Positions 1 to 9,820 are shown, numbered from the stretch's first letter. The stretch: 24,000 bases of DNA from Citrobacter freundii (GCA_011077955.1 JAALBX010000003.1:385230-409229); one strand, 5' to 3'. Made by a program: numbers and translations. Notes: generated from the sequence alone by a model not told the origin.

Positions 1-134
1 GCGAATCCCCTGCGCAGGGTTATCACGCCTGTAATCCATGGCAATGGTTGACGTGGGCGCATCCGCCAAAAGCCCCGGATGAGTGGCGTTTCGCCGTAGC
101 GCTTGGGCTTGCCTGGGGGAATTATGCATCGTGA
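1..134 (+). CDS. hofM: HofM (PilM-like DNA-utilization / type IV pilus assembly protein), 3' end only
   Basis: Frame 3 is open from the window edge to TGA at 132-134. The translated tail is ...PPKAPDEWRFAVALGLAWGNYAS. It lies directly upstream of hofNOPQ and overlaps the proposed hofN GTG start by 4 nt (GTGA). Identity rests on synteny and my recollection of the E. coli HofM C-terminus. Confidence 0.6.
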   Translation, partial: ESPAQGYHACNPWQWLTWAHPPKAPDEWRFAVALGLAWGNYAS

Positions 135-679
135 GCGCGTTAATCAATCTTCTCCCCTGGCGCGCTCAGCGATTAAAGAAGCGCGCCCTGTTTTGGACGA
201 TGCTATTTACGCTGGGATTGGCCTTTATTGCGCTGGGTGGCGGTACAGGACGGTGGTACATCAACCAACAGATTGCTCAGGTGCGGTTAATGCCGCCTTT
301 GCCCGCGCAATTACAGGCGTTGCGCGATGACAATGCGCGACAACGCCAACGTCTCGATAGCATCACCGCGTTGCATCAACAGCATCTGGTCGTGCTTTAC
401 CATCAACACGTTCTGCAAAATTGGGCGCAAAGGCTCGGGCAACTCGCCTCGCAGCTTCCAGACGCGGTGTGGTTCAGCGCCCTACGGTATGACGCCGGAC
501 GGTTGGAAATTACCGGGAAATCGTTAACAACCGAGGCGCTTAGCGACTGGGCGGGCGTGGTAAAGGCGCTGCCTGGCGTGAGCGTAGTGCATCAGGGAGC
601 CACCACGCGCGATACGGATGCCGCCTGGCGTTTTAACTGGACGCTTGCGATGGAGCCTGACGATGCGCCGACTCACTGA
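131..679 (+). CDS. hofN: HofN (PilN-like) DNA-utilization protein
   Basis: Same frame as track ORF 83..679. I prefer the GTG at 131: the product then starts MSALINLLPWRAQR, matching the conserved ..INFLPWR.. N-terminus I recall for E. coli HofN, and it is start/stop coupled to hofM. It has one N-terminal TM segment (FWTMLFTLGLAFIALGG). The alternative start is GTG 83. Confidence 0.8.
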   Translation: MSALINLLPWRAQRLKKRALFWTMLFTLGLAFIALGGGTGRWYINQQIAQVRLMPPLPAQLQALRDDNARQRQRLDSITALHQQHLVVLYHQHVLQNWAQRLGQLASQLPDAVWFSALRYDAGRLEITGKSLTTEALSDWAGVVKALPGVSVVHQGATTRDTDAAWRFNWTLAMEPDDAPTH

Positions 680-1142
680 GCAATGGCTCACCGCGCGTCC
701 CGGTGTGCGAATTGCCACATGGCTGCTTGTCATGGTGCTGGTCTCGGGAGTGGTATGGCTAATTGGGATCCAACCCGGCAGGCTTGCGCTTGATAAGCAA
801 CGGCGTGACCACGCCGCTACGGTGCAGGCGGTGGCTCTGCAACAGCAGACTAGCCAGGCGTTAACCGCAAAACTGGCTTTGGCGCAGCGCAATCTGCCTT
901 CTCTGACCGTGACGCGTTTTTCACCGGCCTCTCTCGGCGAAACGTCGGGTTTAGCCCTGGTGACCTGGCAGCCGCAAGGGGAGGAGGCCGAGCTGGTTGT
1001 GCGTGGTCAGTGGCGGGACATCCCCGAACTCTTTTATGCGTTGGCCGCAACCGATGCCCGTCTGAAAGGGTTTACCGTCACGCCTTTTGATGGCGCGCTC
1101 ATGCTTACGCTCCGACTGGAGGGTGCCTATGAAAGTCAGTAG
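663..1142 (+). CDS. hofO: HofO (PilO-like) DNA-utilization protein
   Basis: Frame of track ORF 618..1142. ATG at 663 (MRRLTEQW...) gives 159 aa with an N-terminal TM helix (IATWLLVMVLVSGVVWLIGI). It overlaps the hofN stop by 17 nt. Position in the hofMNOPQ cluster supports the call; the sequence is poorly conserved relative to what I recall of E. coli HofO. Confidence 0.75.
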   Translation: MRRLTEQWLTARPGVRIATWLLVMVLVSGVVWLIGIQPGRLALDKQRRDHAATVQAVALQQQTSQALTAKLALAQRNLPSLTVTRFSPASLGETSGLALVTWQPQGEEAELVVRGQWRDIPELFYALAATDARLKGFTVTPFDGALMLTLRLEGAYESQ

Positions 1143-1521
1143 CGCGGTTATTTTTCTGATGTGTAGTTTGGCCGTAGCGGCTGAACCGCGCGATCCCTTT
1201 CAGGCACCGGTCGATCGCTGCGCCGGGGCGCAGTGGGAGAAATGGCACTTTCACGGCATGGTGGGTGGTGGTGCGGCAATCAAGGCGATTATGGTCAATC
1301 CCGACGGGAAATGGCTGCGGGCAAGTCCCGGGGAGCCGTTAACAGCCGAGTTACGGGTTAAAGAAATCACCGCAGATAAGATTGCCATTGCTACGCCACC
1401 CGCCTGTGGACAAGGCGAAATTTACTGGCGTTTACAGGAAAAGTTCAATGATAAGGATGTTCAGATTCATCGGGTTGCTGTTGCTCCCGCTAACCGTGCT
1501 GGCCGCCGCGCCCGCAAGTAA
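1129..1521 (+). CDS. hofP: HofP (PilP-like) DNA-utilization protein, exported
   Basis: Frame of track ORF 1087..1521. ATG at 1129 gives MKVSSAVIFLMCSLAVAAEPRDPFQAP..., a signal peptide followed by the RDPF motif recalled from E. coli HofP. It overlaps hofO by 14 nt. Confidence 0.75.
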   Translation: MKVSSAVIFLMCSLAVAAEPRDPFQAPVDRCAGAQWEKWHFHGMVGGGAAIKAIMVNPDGKWLRASPGEPLTAELRVKEITADKIAIATPPACGQGEIYWRLQEKFNDKDVQIHRVAVAPANRAGRRARK

Positions 1522-2707
1522 CATTTCGCTGGTGGTCGATGAGGTGCCGGTTCGCCAGGTATTGCAGGCGCTGGCAGAGACCGAAAAACAAAATGTCATT
1601 ATCGCGCCAGAAGTGAACGGCACGGTAACACTGCATCTGGTTGATGTTCCCTGGCAAACGGCGTTTCAGACGGTAGTGGATATCAGCGAGCTTCACTGGC
1701 GTAAAGAAGGCAATATTTTGCGCGTTTATCCGGCGCAATGGCGCAAACGCCAGTTGCAAGAACAGGAAGACGCCCGTTTGCAGCGGCTCAGTAATCAGCC
1801 ACTCAGCACGAAAATGGTGGCGCTGCGTTACGCTGACGCGTCTGAACTGGCGGCGATAATGACAGCGCAGGGCGATAAGTTAATGGGGCCTAAAGGCAGC
1901 GTGATGGCGGATAAACGCACCAACCGTTTATTTATTAATGACAACAGCGTCTCGTTAAAGCAAATAGAAAGCTGGATCGCCACGATGGATGTACCCGTAG
2001 GGCAGGTTGAACTCTCGGCGCATATCGTCACCATTAACCAGACCAGCTTGCGTGAGCTTGGCGTAAAGTGGAGCACTGAAGAAGGCGAAGGGAAAGCACG
2101 GCTTTATCGCCCTAACTCCATATCCGCCGACCTGTCGGTGCCGGATGCATCTACGCGGATTGGTTTTAACGTCGGGCGGATTAACGGCAACATGCTCGAT
2201 CTTGAGCTTTCTGCGCTGGAACAAAAACATAAGCTTGAAATTATCGCCAGTCCTCGTCTCTTAGCCTCGCATCAGCAGCCGGCAAGCATTAAACAGGGCA
2301 GTGAAATCCCTTACCAGGTCTCCAGCGGTGAAAGCGGTGCGACCTCCATAGAGTTCAAAGAAGCGGTATTAGGGATGGAAGTGACGCCGACGATTCAACC
2401 TTACGGCAGAATAAAAATGAAATTACGCATCAGCCAGAATATGCCGGGGCAAGTCCTTAAGCAGTCCGATGGCGAAGTATTGGCCATTGATAAGCAGGAA
2501 ATCGAAACGCAGGTAGAAATAAAAGATGGCGAAACCATCGCGCTGGGCGGGATTTTCCAGCAAAAACGCAAAGGCGGCAAAGATACCGTGCCCTTCTTAG
2601 GCGATATCCCGCTTCTGGGTGGCCTTTTTAGCTATGACGGCAAGGATGACGAGCGTCGGGAATTAGTCGTATTCCTCACCCCTCGCCTGATCTCGCCAAA
2701 GCTGTAG
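1448..2707 (+). CDS. hofQ: HofQ secretin (ComE-like outer-membrane DNA uptake channel)
   Basis: Frame of track ORF 1382..2707. ATG at 1448 (MIRMFRFIGLLLLPLTVLAA...) has an AGGA about 8 nt upstream and a signal peptide. The C-terminal secretin signature is present (VPFLGDIPLLGGLF ... RRELVVFLTPRL). Similarity to E. coli HofQ extends over long stretches such as LDLELSALEQK..IIASPRLLASH.QPASIKQGSEIPYQVSSGESGATS.EFKEAVLGMEVTP. Confidence 0.93.
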   Translation: MIRMFRFIGLLLLPLTVLAAAPASNISLVVDEVPVRQVLQALAETEKQNVIIAPEVNGTVTLHLVDVPWQTAFQTVVDISELHWRKEGNILRVYPAQWRKRQLQEQEDARLQRLSNQPLSTKMVALRYADASELAAIMTAQGDKLMGPKGSVMADKRTNRLFINDNSVSLKQIESWIATMDVPVGQVELSAHIVTINQTSLRELGVKWSTEEGEGKARLYRPNSISADLSVPDASTRIGFNVGRINGNMLDLELSALEQKHKLEIIASPRLLASHQQPASIKQGSEIPYQVSSGESGATSIEFKEAVLGMEVTPTIQPYGRIKMKLRISQNMPGQVLKQSDGEVLAIDKQEIETQVEIKDGETIALGGIFQQKRKGGKDTVPFLGDIPLLGGLFSYDGKDDERRELVVFLTPRLISPKL

Positions 2708-2777
2708 CGTCGTTTGTTGCCAATTTGACGTTTTTATTTAGCCGGGCGTTTGACGTCAGACGCGAATTAGCATACAA

Positions 2778-2815
2778 GGAGTACCGATTTGAGTGTCAGT
2801 CCAATTCGGTACTCC
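2778..2815 (+). terminator. Hairpin downstream of hofQ (possible weak terminator)
   Basis: GGAGTACCGA (2778-2787) pairs with TCGGTACTCC (2806-2815), a 10-bp stem with an 18-nt loop. A T5 run lies 8 nt downstream (2823-2827). The geometry is not canonical for an intrinsic terminator. Confidence 0.25.
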
Positions 2816-3006
2816 CGATGGCGTTTTTCCCTCCAGCACTTCGGGCGCGGTAATTTATTCGGTTGCCAAACCACCTTGAGTGTTGAGATAATTTTTGGTC
2901 TGACTCTCGCACTATCGCATAAAGAGGTTTCAGTTCATTATCCGTAACGCAAACATGTAGCGCAGCGGGTTTACCATCAACGAATTGTCTTAGTAGTACC
3001 AAAAAA

Positions 3007-3528
3007 ATGGCAGAGAAACGCAATATCTTTCTGGTTGGGCCGATGGGTGCTGGAAAAAGCACGATTGGGCGTCAGTTAGCTCAGCAGCTCAATATGGAAT
3101 TTTACGATTCTGATCAAGAGATTGAGAAACGAACCGGCGCAGATGTGGGTTGGGTCTTCGATGTTGAAGGCGAAGAAGGGTTCCGTGACAGAGAAGAAAA
3201 AGTAATCAATGAACTCACCGAGAAGCAGGGCATTGTGCTGGCTACCGGCGGCGGCTCTGTAAAATCTCGCGAAACTCGTAACCGTCTCTCCGCTCGCGGC
3301 GTTGTGGTTTATCTCGAAACCACTATCGAAAAACAACTGGCCCGCACCCAACGCGATAAAAAGCGTCCTTTGCTGCAGGTTGAAACCCCGCCTCGCGAAG
3401 TACTGGAAGCGCTGGCCGGTGAACGCAATCCGCTGTATGAAGAGATTGCTGATGTGACCATTCGCACTGACGATCAAAGCGCGAAAGTTGTGGCAAACCA
3501 GATTATTCATATGCTGGAAAACAACTGA
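3007..3528 (+). CDS. aroK: Shikimate kinase I
   Basis: 173 aa with Walker [10 protein letters not shown]. It is near-identical over its whole length to E. coli AroK as I recall it ([52 protein letters not shown]...). Confidence 0.97.
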   Translation: MAEKRNIFLVGPMGAGKSTIGRQLAQQLNMEFYDSDQEIEKRTGADVGWVFDVEGEEGFRDREEKVINELTEKQGIVLATGGGSVKSRETRNRLSARGVVVYLETTIEKQLARTQRDKKRPLLQVETPPREVLEALAGERNPLYEEIADVTIRTDDQSAKVVANQIIHMLENN

Positions 3529-3584
3529 TTCTGGCTAGATAAACACTCGCCCGCGGGTACAAGTAACAGAAGGTGTTGAGCGTC

Positions 3585-4673
3585 ATGGAGCAGTTAACAG
3601 TCACTCTCGGGGAACGCAGTTACCCTATCACCATCGCTGCTGGCTTATTCAATGAGCCAGCTTCTTTTTGGCCTTTGCGCGCGGGTGACCAGACGATGTT
3701 GGTCACGAATGAAACGTTGGCGCCACTGTATCTGGATAAAGTCCGCCGGGTACTGGAGCAGGCAGGCGTTAACGTCGATCAGGTGATTCTCCCTGATGGC
3801 GAACAACACAAAAGCCTTGCCGTGCTGGAAACCGTCTTTAGTGCGTTGTTACAAAAACCCCATGGTCGGGATACCACACTCATCGCCCTTGGCGGCGGAG
3901 TGATAGGCGATCTCACCGGTTTCGCTGCGGCTTGTTACCAGCGCGGCGTACGCTTTATTCAGGTGCCGACCACGCTCCTTTCGCAGGTCGACTCCTCCGT
4001 TGGCGGCAAAACCGCCGTCAATCATCCTCTTGGCAAAAACATGATTGGGGCGTTTTATCAGCCTGCTTCTGTCGTAGTCGATTTGGATTGTTTAAAAACC
4101 CTTCCTCCTCGCGAGCTTTCATCCGGCCTCGCTGAAGTCATCAAATACGGCATTATCCTTGATGGTGATTTCTTTGACTGGTTAGAAGCGAATCTGGACG
4201 CGGTCATGGTGCTCGACGCCACTGCCATGGCGTACTGCATTCGCCGTTGTTGTGAGCTGAAAGCTGAAGTTGTGGCGGCGGACGAGCGGGAAACCGGCTT
4301 ACGTGCTTTACTCAACTTGGGCCACACCTTTGGTCACGCCATTGAAGCTGAAATGGGCTATGGCAACTGGCTGCATGGCGAAGCTGTCGCGGCAGGTATG
4401 GTGATGGCGGCGCGTACCGCTCAACGGTTGGGCAAATTCAGTGAAGACGATATTCAGCGCATCATCACACTGCTTAAACGCGCAGGGTTGCCGGTAAATG
4501 GCCCGCAGAGCATGGCGCCTGCCGCTTATTTGCCGCATATGATGCGTGATAAAAAAGTGCTGGCAGGCGAACTTCGTCTGGTGCTTCCACTGGCGATTGG
4601 TCAAAGTGAAGTCCGCGGTGGCGTGTCGCACGACCTGGTTCTCAGCGCGATTGCAGATTGTCTGCAAGCGTAA
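3585..4673 (+). CDS. aroB: 3-dehydroquinate synthase
   Basis: Frame of track ORF 3573..4673. ATG at 3585 gives [28 protein letters not shown]..., 362 aa, the same length and N-terminus pattern as E. coli AroB ([17 protein letters not shown]...). Confidence 0.96.
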   Translation: MEQLTVTLGERSYPITIAAGLFNEPASFWPLRAGDQTMLVTNETLAPLYLDKVRRVLEQAGVNVDQVILPDGEQHKSLAVLETVFSALLQKPHGRDTTLIALGGGVIGDLTGFAAACYQRGVRFIQVPTTLLSQVDSSVGGKTAVNHPLGKNMIGAFYQPASVVVDLDCLKTLPPRELSSGLAEVIKYGIILDGDFFDWLEANLDAVMVLDATAMAYCIRRCCELKAEVVAADERETGLRALLNLGHTFGHAIEAEMGYGNWLHGEAVAAGMVMAARTAQRLGKFSEDDIQRIITLLKRAGLPVNGPQSMAPAAYLPHMMRDKKVLAGELRLVLPLAIGQSEVRGGVSHDLVLSAIADCLQA

Positions 4674-4761
4674 CTATTAAAAAGGTGTTTCGCCGTCAGG
4701 CGATGTTTAATTCAGGTGATGTGCCAGTTGTACTGACATAAGCCTTTTAGTGGGGTGTGAA

Positions 4762-6066
4762 ATGGATGAATTTAAGCCAGAAGACGAGCTGAAACCCGAT
4801 CCCAGCGATCGTCGGACTGGTCGTTCTCGTAAACCTTCCGAGTTCGATAACGAGCCGCAACTCAATATCGATGATGTCGATCTTGATGCAGACGACCGCC
4901 GTCCAACGCGTGCGCGCCGTGCGCGTAACGACGATGTGGATTACGAAGCCGAAGATGAGACATTGGAAGATGCCGACGTTGAGCGTCGTCCGCGTAAGCG
5001 CAAAAAAGCCCCCGCGAAAGGGCCCGTTTCCCGCCAGCATATAATGATGGGCGTGGGCATTCTGGTACTGTTGCTTCTGATTATCGGCATCGGTTCCGCC
5101 CTCAAGGCACCATCTTCCAATTCTGCGGGTACGCAGAATGCCCCGGCTGAGAAGAGCATCAATCTTAACGGTAGTAGCGATACCACTGCCGCAAACCAGG
5201 CCAATGGCGCGCAGCCAGAGCCGGGAACAACGTCTGCTGCCAATAATTCACCTGCCGCAGGCCAGGATGTTTCACTGCCGCCGGTTTCATCTACCCCGAC
5301 GCAGGGACAAGCGCCTGCGACGCCGGAAGGACAACAGCGTCTGGAAGTTCCAGGCGATCTGAATAACGCATTGACCTCACAGCAAGGCCAGATTGACGCG
5401 GCGGCGGCGGGCGGATCTACTCTGCCAACGGAACCCGCAACCGTGGCCTCTACCGGCAACAGCACAGCGCATCGTCAAGCGGCGACGGGTGAAGCTGAGC
5501 GTCAGCCTGCGCGTACTGAGCGCAAACAGGCGGTGATTGAGCCTGCTCCGCGTAAGACACAAACGACGCAAACCGCCCCGGCGGCTCGTCAGCCTGCTGC
5601 GCCTAAAGCGACGGAAACCAAACCGACCGTAACCGCGAAGCAAACTGCGCCTGCGACCAACGCGGGTAGCGTCAGCGCGCCGGTCAGTGCGCCAGCCGCG
5701 ACGACGACGGCACCAAAAGCTGCCGCGCCGACTGCAACGGCATCCGCGCCTGCTGCCAGCGCTTCAACGCCTGCTGCCAGCGGTAATGTGGGTGCGATTA
5801 AATCAGCGCCTTCCAGCCACTACACGCTTCAGTTGAGCAGTTCTTCGAACTACAACAATCTGAATGCCTGGGCCAAGAAAGAAAGCCTGAAAAACTATGT
5901 TGTTTATCAGACAACCCGTAATGGTCAGCCATGGTATGTACTGGTAAGCGGCGTATACGCCTCGAAAGAAGACGCGAAACGTGCGGTTTCCTCTTTACCG
6001 GCAGACGTACAGGCAAAAAACCCGTGGGCGAAACCTATCCATCAGGTTCAGGCCGATCTTAAGTAA
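4762..6066 (+). CDS. damX: Cell-division protein DamX (SPOR domain)
   Basis: Frame of track ORF 4750..6066. ATG at 4762 gives [23 protein letters not shown], matching the E. coli DamX N-terminus. The protein has an acidic N-terminus, a single TM ([20 protein letters not shown]), a long Ala/Pro/Thr/Gln-rich linker, and a C-terminal SPOR-like domain ([20 protein letters not shown]...). Confidence 0.94.
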   Translation: MDEFKPEDELKPDPSDRRTGRSRKPSEFDNEPQLNIDDVDLDADDRRPTRARRARNDDVDYEAEDETLEDADVERRPRKRKKAPAKGPVSRQHIMMGVGILVLLLLIIGIGSALKAPSSNSAGTQNAPAEKSINLNGSSDTTAANQANGAQPEPGTTSAANNSPAAGQDVSLPPVSSTPTQGQAPATPEGQQRLEVPGDLNNALTSQQGQIDAAAAGGSTLPTEPATVASTGNSTAHRQAATGEAERQPARTERKQAVIEPAPRKTQTTQTAPAARQPAAPKATETKPTVTAKQTAPATNAGSVSAPVSAPAATTTAPKAAAPTATASAPAASASTPAASGNVGAIKSAPSSHYTLQLSSSSNYNNLNAWAKKESLKNYVVYQTTRNGQPWYVLVSGVYASKEDAKRAVSSLPADVQAKNPWAKPIHQVQADLK

Positions 6067-6132
6067 TGAGCAAAGCGCAGGATGCTGTAGGAGCCGTCTC
6101 CACAGCTGGAGAAGGTTAAGCAGTCAGACAGC

Positions 6133-6948
6133 ATGAAAAAAAAACGCGCTTTTCTTAAATGGGCAGGGGGGAAATACCCCCTGCTGGATGAAATCAAAAA
6201 GCACCTCCCAGAAGGTGATTGTCTGATTGAGCCCTTTGTGGGGGCCGGTTCGGTTTTCCTCAATACGGATTATTCACGCTATATCCTCGCGGATATCAAC
6301 AGCGATCTGATTAGTCTCTACAATATCGTCAAAACCCAGACCGATGAGTATGTGCGTCAGGCGCGTGAACTGTTTATGCCTGAGATGAATCAGTCTGAGG
6401 TCTACTATCAGTTGCGTGAAGAGTTTAATCAGAGCCAGGATCCGTTTCGGCGGGCGCTGCTGTTTTTGTATCTCAACCGCCACGGGTACAATGGCCTGTG
6501 CCGGTATAATTTACGCGGCGAGTTTAATGTTCCGTTTGGTCGCTACCGCAAGCCCTACTTCCCGGAAGATGAACTGTATTTTTTTGCAGAACGGGCGCGT
6601 AACGCGCTGTTCATTTGTGAGGGCTACGCCAGCAGTATGGCGCGCGCGCAGCAGGGGTCGGTCGTATATTGCGATCCGCCGTATGCGCCGCTTTCGGCCA
6701 CGGCAAATTTTACGGCGTATCACACCAACAGCTTTAATTTTGAACAGCAACGGCATCTTGCCGAACTGGCCCATGGCCTTAAAGGCAATCTGGTTCCGGT
6801 GCTGATTTCGAATCACGATACCGAACTTACCCGCCAGTGGTATCAGCAAGCAGATGGCCTGCACGTGGTGCGGGCACGACGTAGCATTAGCAGCAATGGC
6901 GGCACACGTAAAAAAGTGGACGAACTGCTGGCGCTCTATTCCGCCTGA
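6133..6948 (+). CDS. dam: DNA adenine (GATC) methyltransferase Dam
   Basis: 271 aa starting [19 protein letters not shown]. It carries the SAM-binding motif [10 protein letters not shown] and the catalytic DPPY motif (CDPPYAP). It is collinear with E. coli Dam. Confidence 0.97.
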   Translation: MKKKRAFLKWAGGKYPLLDEIKKHLPEGDCLIEPFVGAGSVFLNTDYSRYILADINSDLISLYNIVKTQTDEYVRQARELFMPEMNQSEVYYQLREEFNQSQDPFRRALLFLYLNRHGYNGLCRYNLRGEFNVPFGRYRKPYFPEDELYFFAERARNALFICEGYASSMARAQQGSVVYCDPPYAPLSATANFTAYHTNSFNFEQQRHLAELAHGLKGNLVPVLISNHDTELTRQWYQQADGLHVVRARRSISSNGGTRKKVDELLALYSA

Positions 6949-6988
6949 GCCGTTTCGCCCGCCGCACAAAACTTTTATGGAGAAGCGG

Positions 6989-7666
6989 ATGAAACAGTTT
7001 TTGATTGCCCCCTCGATTCTGTCGGCCGATTTTGCCCGTTTAGGTGAAGATACCGCCGCCGCGCTGGCAGCTGGCGCCGATGTCGTCCATTTCGACGTTA
7101 TGGATAACCACTATGTGCCGAATCTGACCATCGGCCCGATGGTGTTAAAAGCGCTGCGCAACTATGGCATTACCGCACCTATCGATGTGCATCTGATGGT
7201 TAAACCGGTCGATCGCATCATTCCCGATTTCGCCGCAGCGGGCGCCAGTATTATCACCTTCCACCCGGAAGCTTCCGAGCATGTCGATCGCTCCCTTCAA
7301 CTGATTAAAGAGCACGGTTGTAAAGCAGGCCTGGTGTTTAACCCGGCAACACCGCTTAGCTACCTTGATTATGTGATGGACAAGCTGGACGTGATTTTGT
7401 TGATGTCCGTTAACCCCGGTTTCGGCGGCCAGTCTTTTATCCCGCAAACGCTTGAAAAACTCCGCGAAGTACGTCAGCGCATTGACGCCTCCGGCTATGA
7501 TATCCGTCTTGAAGTGGATGGCGGCGTTAAAGCGTCCAACATTGGTGAAATTGCGGCAGCGGGCGCGGATATGTTTGTGGCGGGCTCAGCCGTGTTTAGC
7601 GCGCCGGATTACAAAGCGGTCATTGATGAGATGCGCCGTGAACTGGCAAAGGTAAGTCATGGATAA
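6989..7666 (+). CDS. rpe: Ribulose-phosphate 3-epimerase
   Basis: Frame of track ORF 6854..7666. ATG at 6989 gives [21 protein letters not shown]..., 225 aa as in E. coli Rpe. A GGAGAAG Shine-Dalgarno lies upstream. Confidence 0.96.
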   Translation: MKQFLIAPSILSADFARLGEDTAAALAAGADVVHFDVMDNHYVPNLTIGPMVLKALRNYGITAPIDVHLMVKPVDRIIPDFAAAGASIITFHPEASEHVDRSLQLIKEHGCKAGLVFNPATPLSYLDYVMDKLDVILLMSVNPGFGGQSFIPQTLEKLREVRQRIDASGYDIRLEVDGGVKASNIGEIAAAGADMFVAGSAVFSAPDYKAVIDEMRRELAKVSHG

Positions 7667-8420
7667 GTTTAATAACATTCGCGGCGTGGCGTTTGATCTG
7701 GACGGCACGCTGGTAGACAGCGCGCCAGGCTTAGCCACGGCGATAGACATGGCGCTGTACGCGCTGGAGCTTCCGCAGGCAGGCGTGGCGCGCGTGATAA
7801 CCTGGATTGGTAACGGCGCAGATGTATTAGTTGAGCGTGCGCTGACCTGGGCACGTCAGGAGCGCGCCGTTCTTCGCGCGGCCTCCGGGAAACCGGCGAT
7901 TGATGATGCGGATATCCCTCAAGCTGATCAGGTTCGGATGCTGCGTAAATTGTTTGACCGTTACTATGCTGATGCCGTGGAAGAGGGCAGCGCGTTGTTT
8001 CCGGATGTGGCGACCACGCTGAGTGCGCTCTCACAACATGCTATCCCGATGGCGCTGGTGACCAATAAACCCACGCCATTCGTCGCGCCGCTTTTAGAAG
8101 CACTTAATATCGCACAGTATTTCAGCGTCGTTATTGGCGGCGATGATGTGAAAAATAAAAAGCCGCACCCGGAACCGTTGCTGCGCGTGGCGGAAAAATT
8201 AGGACTTGCCCCCGGCGAACTGCTGTTTGTCGGTGATTCGCGTAATGATATTCTGGCTGCTGCTGCCGCAGGTTGCTGTTCCGTCGGCCTGACATACGGC
8301 TACAACTACGGTGAAGCGATAGAACTCAGCAACCCTGACGTGGTGTTCCATCGTTTCGTCGACATTCTGCCCGCGCTTGGGCTCCCCCACAGTGAAAATC
8401 AGGAATTAACAAATGAGTAA
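7659..8420 (+). CDS. gph: Phosphoglycolate phosphatase (HAD family)
   Basis: 253 aa with HAD motif [11 protein letters not shown] and strong similarity to E. coli Gph. Its start overlaps the rpe stop (ATGGATAA). Confidence 0.95.
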   Translation: MDKFNNIRGVAFDLDGTLVDSAPGLATAIDMALYALELPQAGVARVITWIGNGADVLVERALTWARQERAVLRAASGKPAIDDADIPQADQVRMLRKLFDRYYADAVEEGSALFPDVATTLSALSQHAIPMALVTNKPTPFVAPLLEALNIAQYFSVVIGGDDVKNKKPHPEPLLRVAEKLGLAPGELLFVGDSRNDILAAAAAGCCSVGLTYGYNYGEAIELSNPDVVFHRFVDILPALGLPHSENQELTNE

Positions 8421-9417
8421 GCCCATCGTATTTAGTGGCGCACAGCCCTCAGGTGAACTGACTATCGGCAACTACATGGGCGCGCTCCGTCAGTGGGTCA
8501 ACATGCAGGATGACTACCATTGCATCTATTGCATCGTCGATCAGCATGCTATCACCGTCCGTCAGGACCCTACTGCGCTGCGTAAAGCGACGCTGGACAC
8601 CCTGGCGCTGTATCTGGCCTGCGGCATCGATCCACAAAAAAGCACTATCTTTGTTCAATCGCATGTGCCGGAACACGCGCAGCTCTCCTGGGCGCTGAAC
8701 TGCTATACCTATTTCGGCGAGCTGAGCCGTATGACGCAGTTCAAAGACAAATCTTCGCGCTACGCCGAGAACATCAACGCGGGTCTGTTCGATTACCCGG
8801 TGCTGATGGCGGCAGACATTCTGCTTTACCAGACTAACCTGGTACCGGTGGGTGAAGACCAAAAACAGCATCTCGAACTGAGCCGCGATATCGCCCAACG
8901 TTTTAATGCGCTGTATGGCGACGTGTTTAAGATCCCTGAGCCGTTTATTCCCAAATCCGGCGCGCGTGTAATGTCGTTGCTTGAGCCGACGAAGAAGATG
9001 TCCAAGTCTGACGATAACCGCAACAACGTTATCGGCCTGCTGGAAGATCCGAAATCGGTCGTTAAGAAAATTAAACGTGCGGTTACCGACTCCGACGAGC
9101 CGCCAGTAGTACGCTATGACGTGGCAAACAAAGCTGGCGTTTCCAACCTGTTAGATATTCTTAGCGCGGTTAACGGCAAGAGCATCACGGAGCTGGAGCA
9201 GCATTTCGAAGGCAAAATGTACGGCCATTTGAAAGGCGAAGTGGCGGATGCGGTGTCTGGCATGCTGACCGAGTTGCAGGAGCGTTATCATCGTTATCGT
9301 AATGATGAAGCCTTTTTGCAGAGCGTGATGAAAGACGGCGCGGCGAAAGCGCGTGCCCACGCCAGCGAAACGCTGAAGCATGTTTACGATGTCATTGGCT
9401 TCGTGGCGCAACCGTAA
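8413..9417 (+). CDS. trpS: Tryptophan--tRNA ligase
   Basis: 334 aa. It has the class I synthetase motifs (TIGNYMG as the HIGH variant, and KMSKS) and is near-identical in pattern to E. coli TrpRS. It overlaps the gph stop by 8 nt. Confidence 0.97.
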   Translation: MSKPIVFSGAQPSGELTIGNYMGALRQWVNMQDDYHCIYCIVDQHAITVRQDPTALRKATLDTLALYLACGIDPQKSTIFVQSHVPEHAQLSWALNCYTYFGELSRMTQFKDKSSRYAENINAGLFDYPVLMAADILLYQTNLVPVGEDQKQHLELSRDIAQRFNALYGDVFKIPEPFIPKSGARVMSLLEPTKKMSKSDDNRNNVIGLLEDPKSVVKKIKRAVTDSDEPPVVRYDVANKAGVSNLLDILSAVNGKSITELEQHFEGKMYGHLKGEVADAVSGMLTELQERYHRYRNDEAFLQSVMKDGAAKARAHASETLKHVYDVIGFVAQP

Positions 9418-9431
9418 ATCCAACGGGCGAG

Positions 9432-9459
9432 AAAAAACCGGGAAATTCCCGGTTTTTTT
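9432..9459. terminator. Bidirectional intrinsic terminator between convergent trpS and yhfL
   Basis: The sequence is AAAAAACCGGGAAATTCCCGGTTTTTTT: a CCGGG/CCCGG stem flanked by A6 on the left and T7 on the right, so a U-tract follows the stem on either strand. It sits 15 nt after the trpS stop and 19 nt after the yhfL stop. Confidence 0.85.
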
Positions 9460-9477
9460 ATGCCTGAATAACGCCTT

Positions 9478-9648
9478 TTACTGTTCGGCCGCCGGGCCGC
9501 AACCGCCAATCATTTTAGAAATTGAAATGGCAGGATGAAGTAAATAATCGTAGCTGCAATTATTTTTCTTGTTTTCAACGTGCCCGGTGCAGGCGGTAAG
9601 TGTGGTCAGTGTCGCGGCTAAAACAACAAGTTTAATAAGACGATTCAT
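9478..9648 (-). CDS. yhfL: Small lipoprotein YhfL (56 aa)
   Basis: Absent from the ORF track because it is under 60 aa. My hand translation of the minus strand is MNRLIKLVVLAATLTTLTACTGHVENKKNNCSYDYLLHPAISISKMIGGCGPAAEQ*. It has a lipobox (LTAC), an AGGA 7 nt upstream of the ATG, and matches my recollection of E. coli YhfL (..LTACTGH.EN...NCSYDYLLHPAISISK.IGGCGP...). Confidence 0.85.
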   Translation of the reverse strand: MNRLIKLVVLAATLTTLTACTGHVENKKNNCSYDYLLHPAISISKMIGGCGPAAEQ

Positions 9649-9729
9649 AACGTTTTCCTGAAGTGTCCCTGTAAAAAATGATCCATAAGCTGCTGAGTAA
9701 AAAGCAGTTACATTAACGTGCGCGGCGAA

Positions 9730-9760
9730 ATTATAGGGTTTTCATGACCCTTTACGTCAA
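9730..9760 (-). promoter_or_regulatory. Candidate sigma70 promoter for yhfL
   Basis: On the minus strand, TTGACG (9760-9755) is followed by a 19-nt spacer and a perfect TATAAT (9735-9730), about 80 nt upstream of the yhfL ATG. The spacer is longer than optimal. Confidence 0.3.
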
Positions 9761-9820
9761 TGTCAGGAACAGGACTTGCAGTATTAGAAAGCGTACGAAA
9801 TCGCTGCTTACGCCCGTAAA

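Noticed and set aside
1528-1535. Chi sequences: GCTGGTGG at 1528-1535 on the plus strand, and its complement at 15725-15732 and 23653-23660.
   Set aside because: This is the normal density for an enterobacterial chromosome and there is no clustering suggestive of special function.
2724-2756. A direct repeat of TTTGACGT (2724-2731 and 2749-2756), the second copy forming the palindrome TGACGTCA, just after hofQ.
   Set aside because: It is a short 8-mer with no known enterobacterial regulator I can tie to it. It may merely supply TTGACG -35-like hexamers for aroK promoters, and I cannot support more than that.
2796-3062. An 88-aa minus-strand ORF covering the hofQ-aroK intergenic region and the aroK start.
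   Set aside because: It starts inside aroK on the opposite strand. It has no ribosome-binding site and its product composition is random-looking. The region is better explained as the aroK promoter/leader.
4941-5643. Minus-strand ORFs of 174 aa and 88 aa, and a 74-aa plus-strand ORF, within damX.
   Set aside because: They are artefacts of the low-complexity GC-rich Ala/Pro/Thr linker, which lacks stop codons in several frames.
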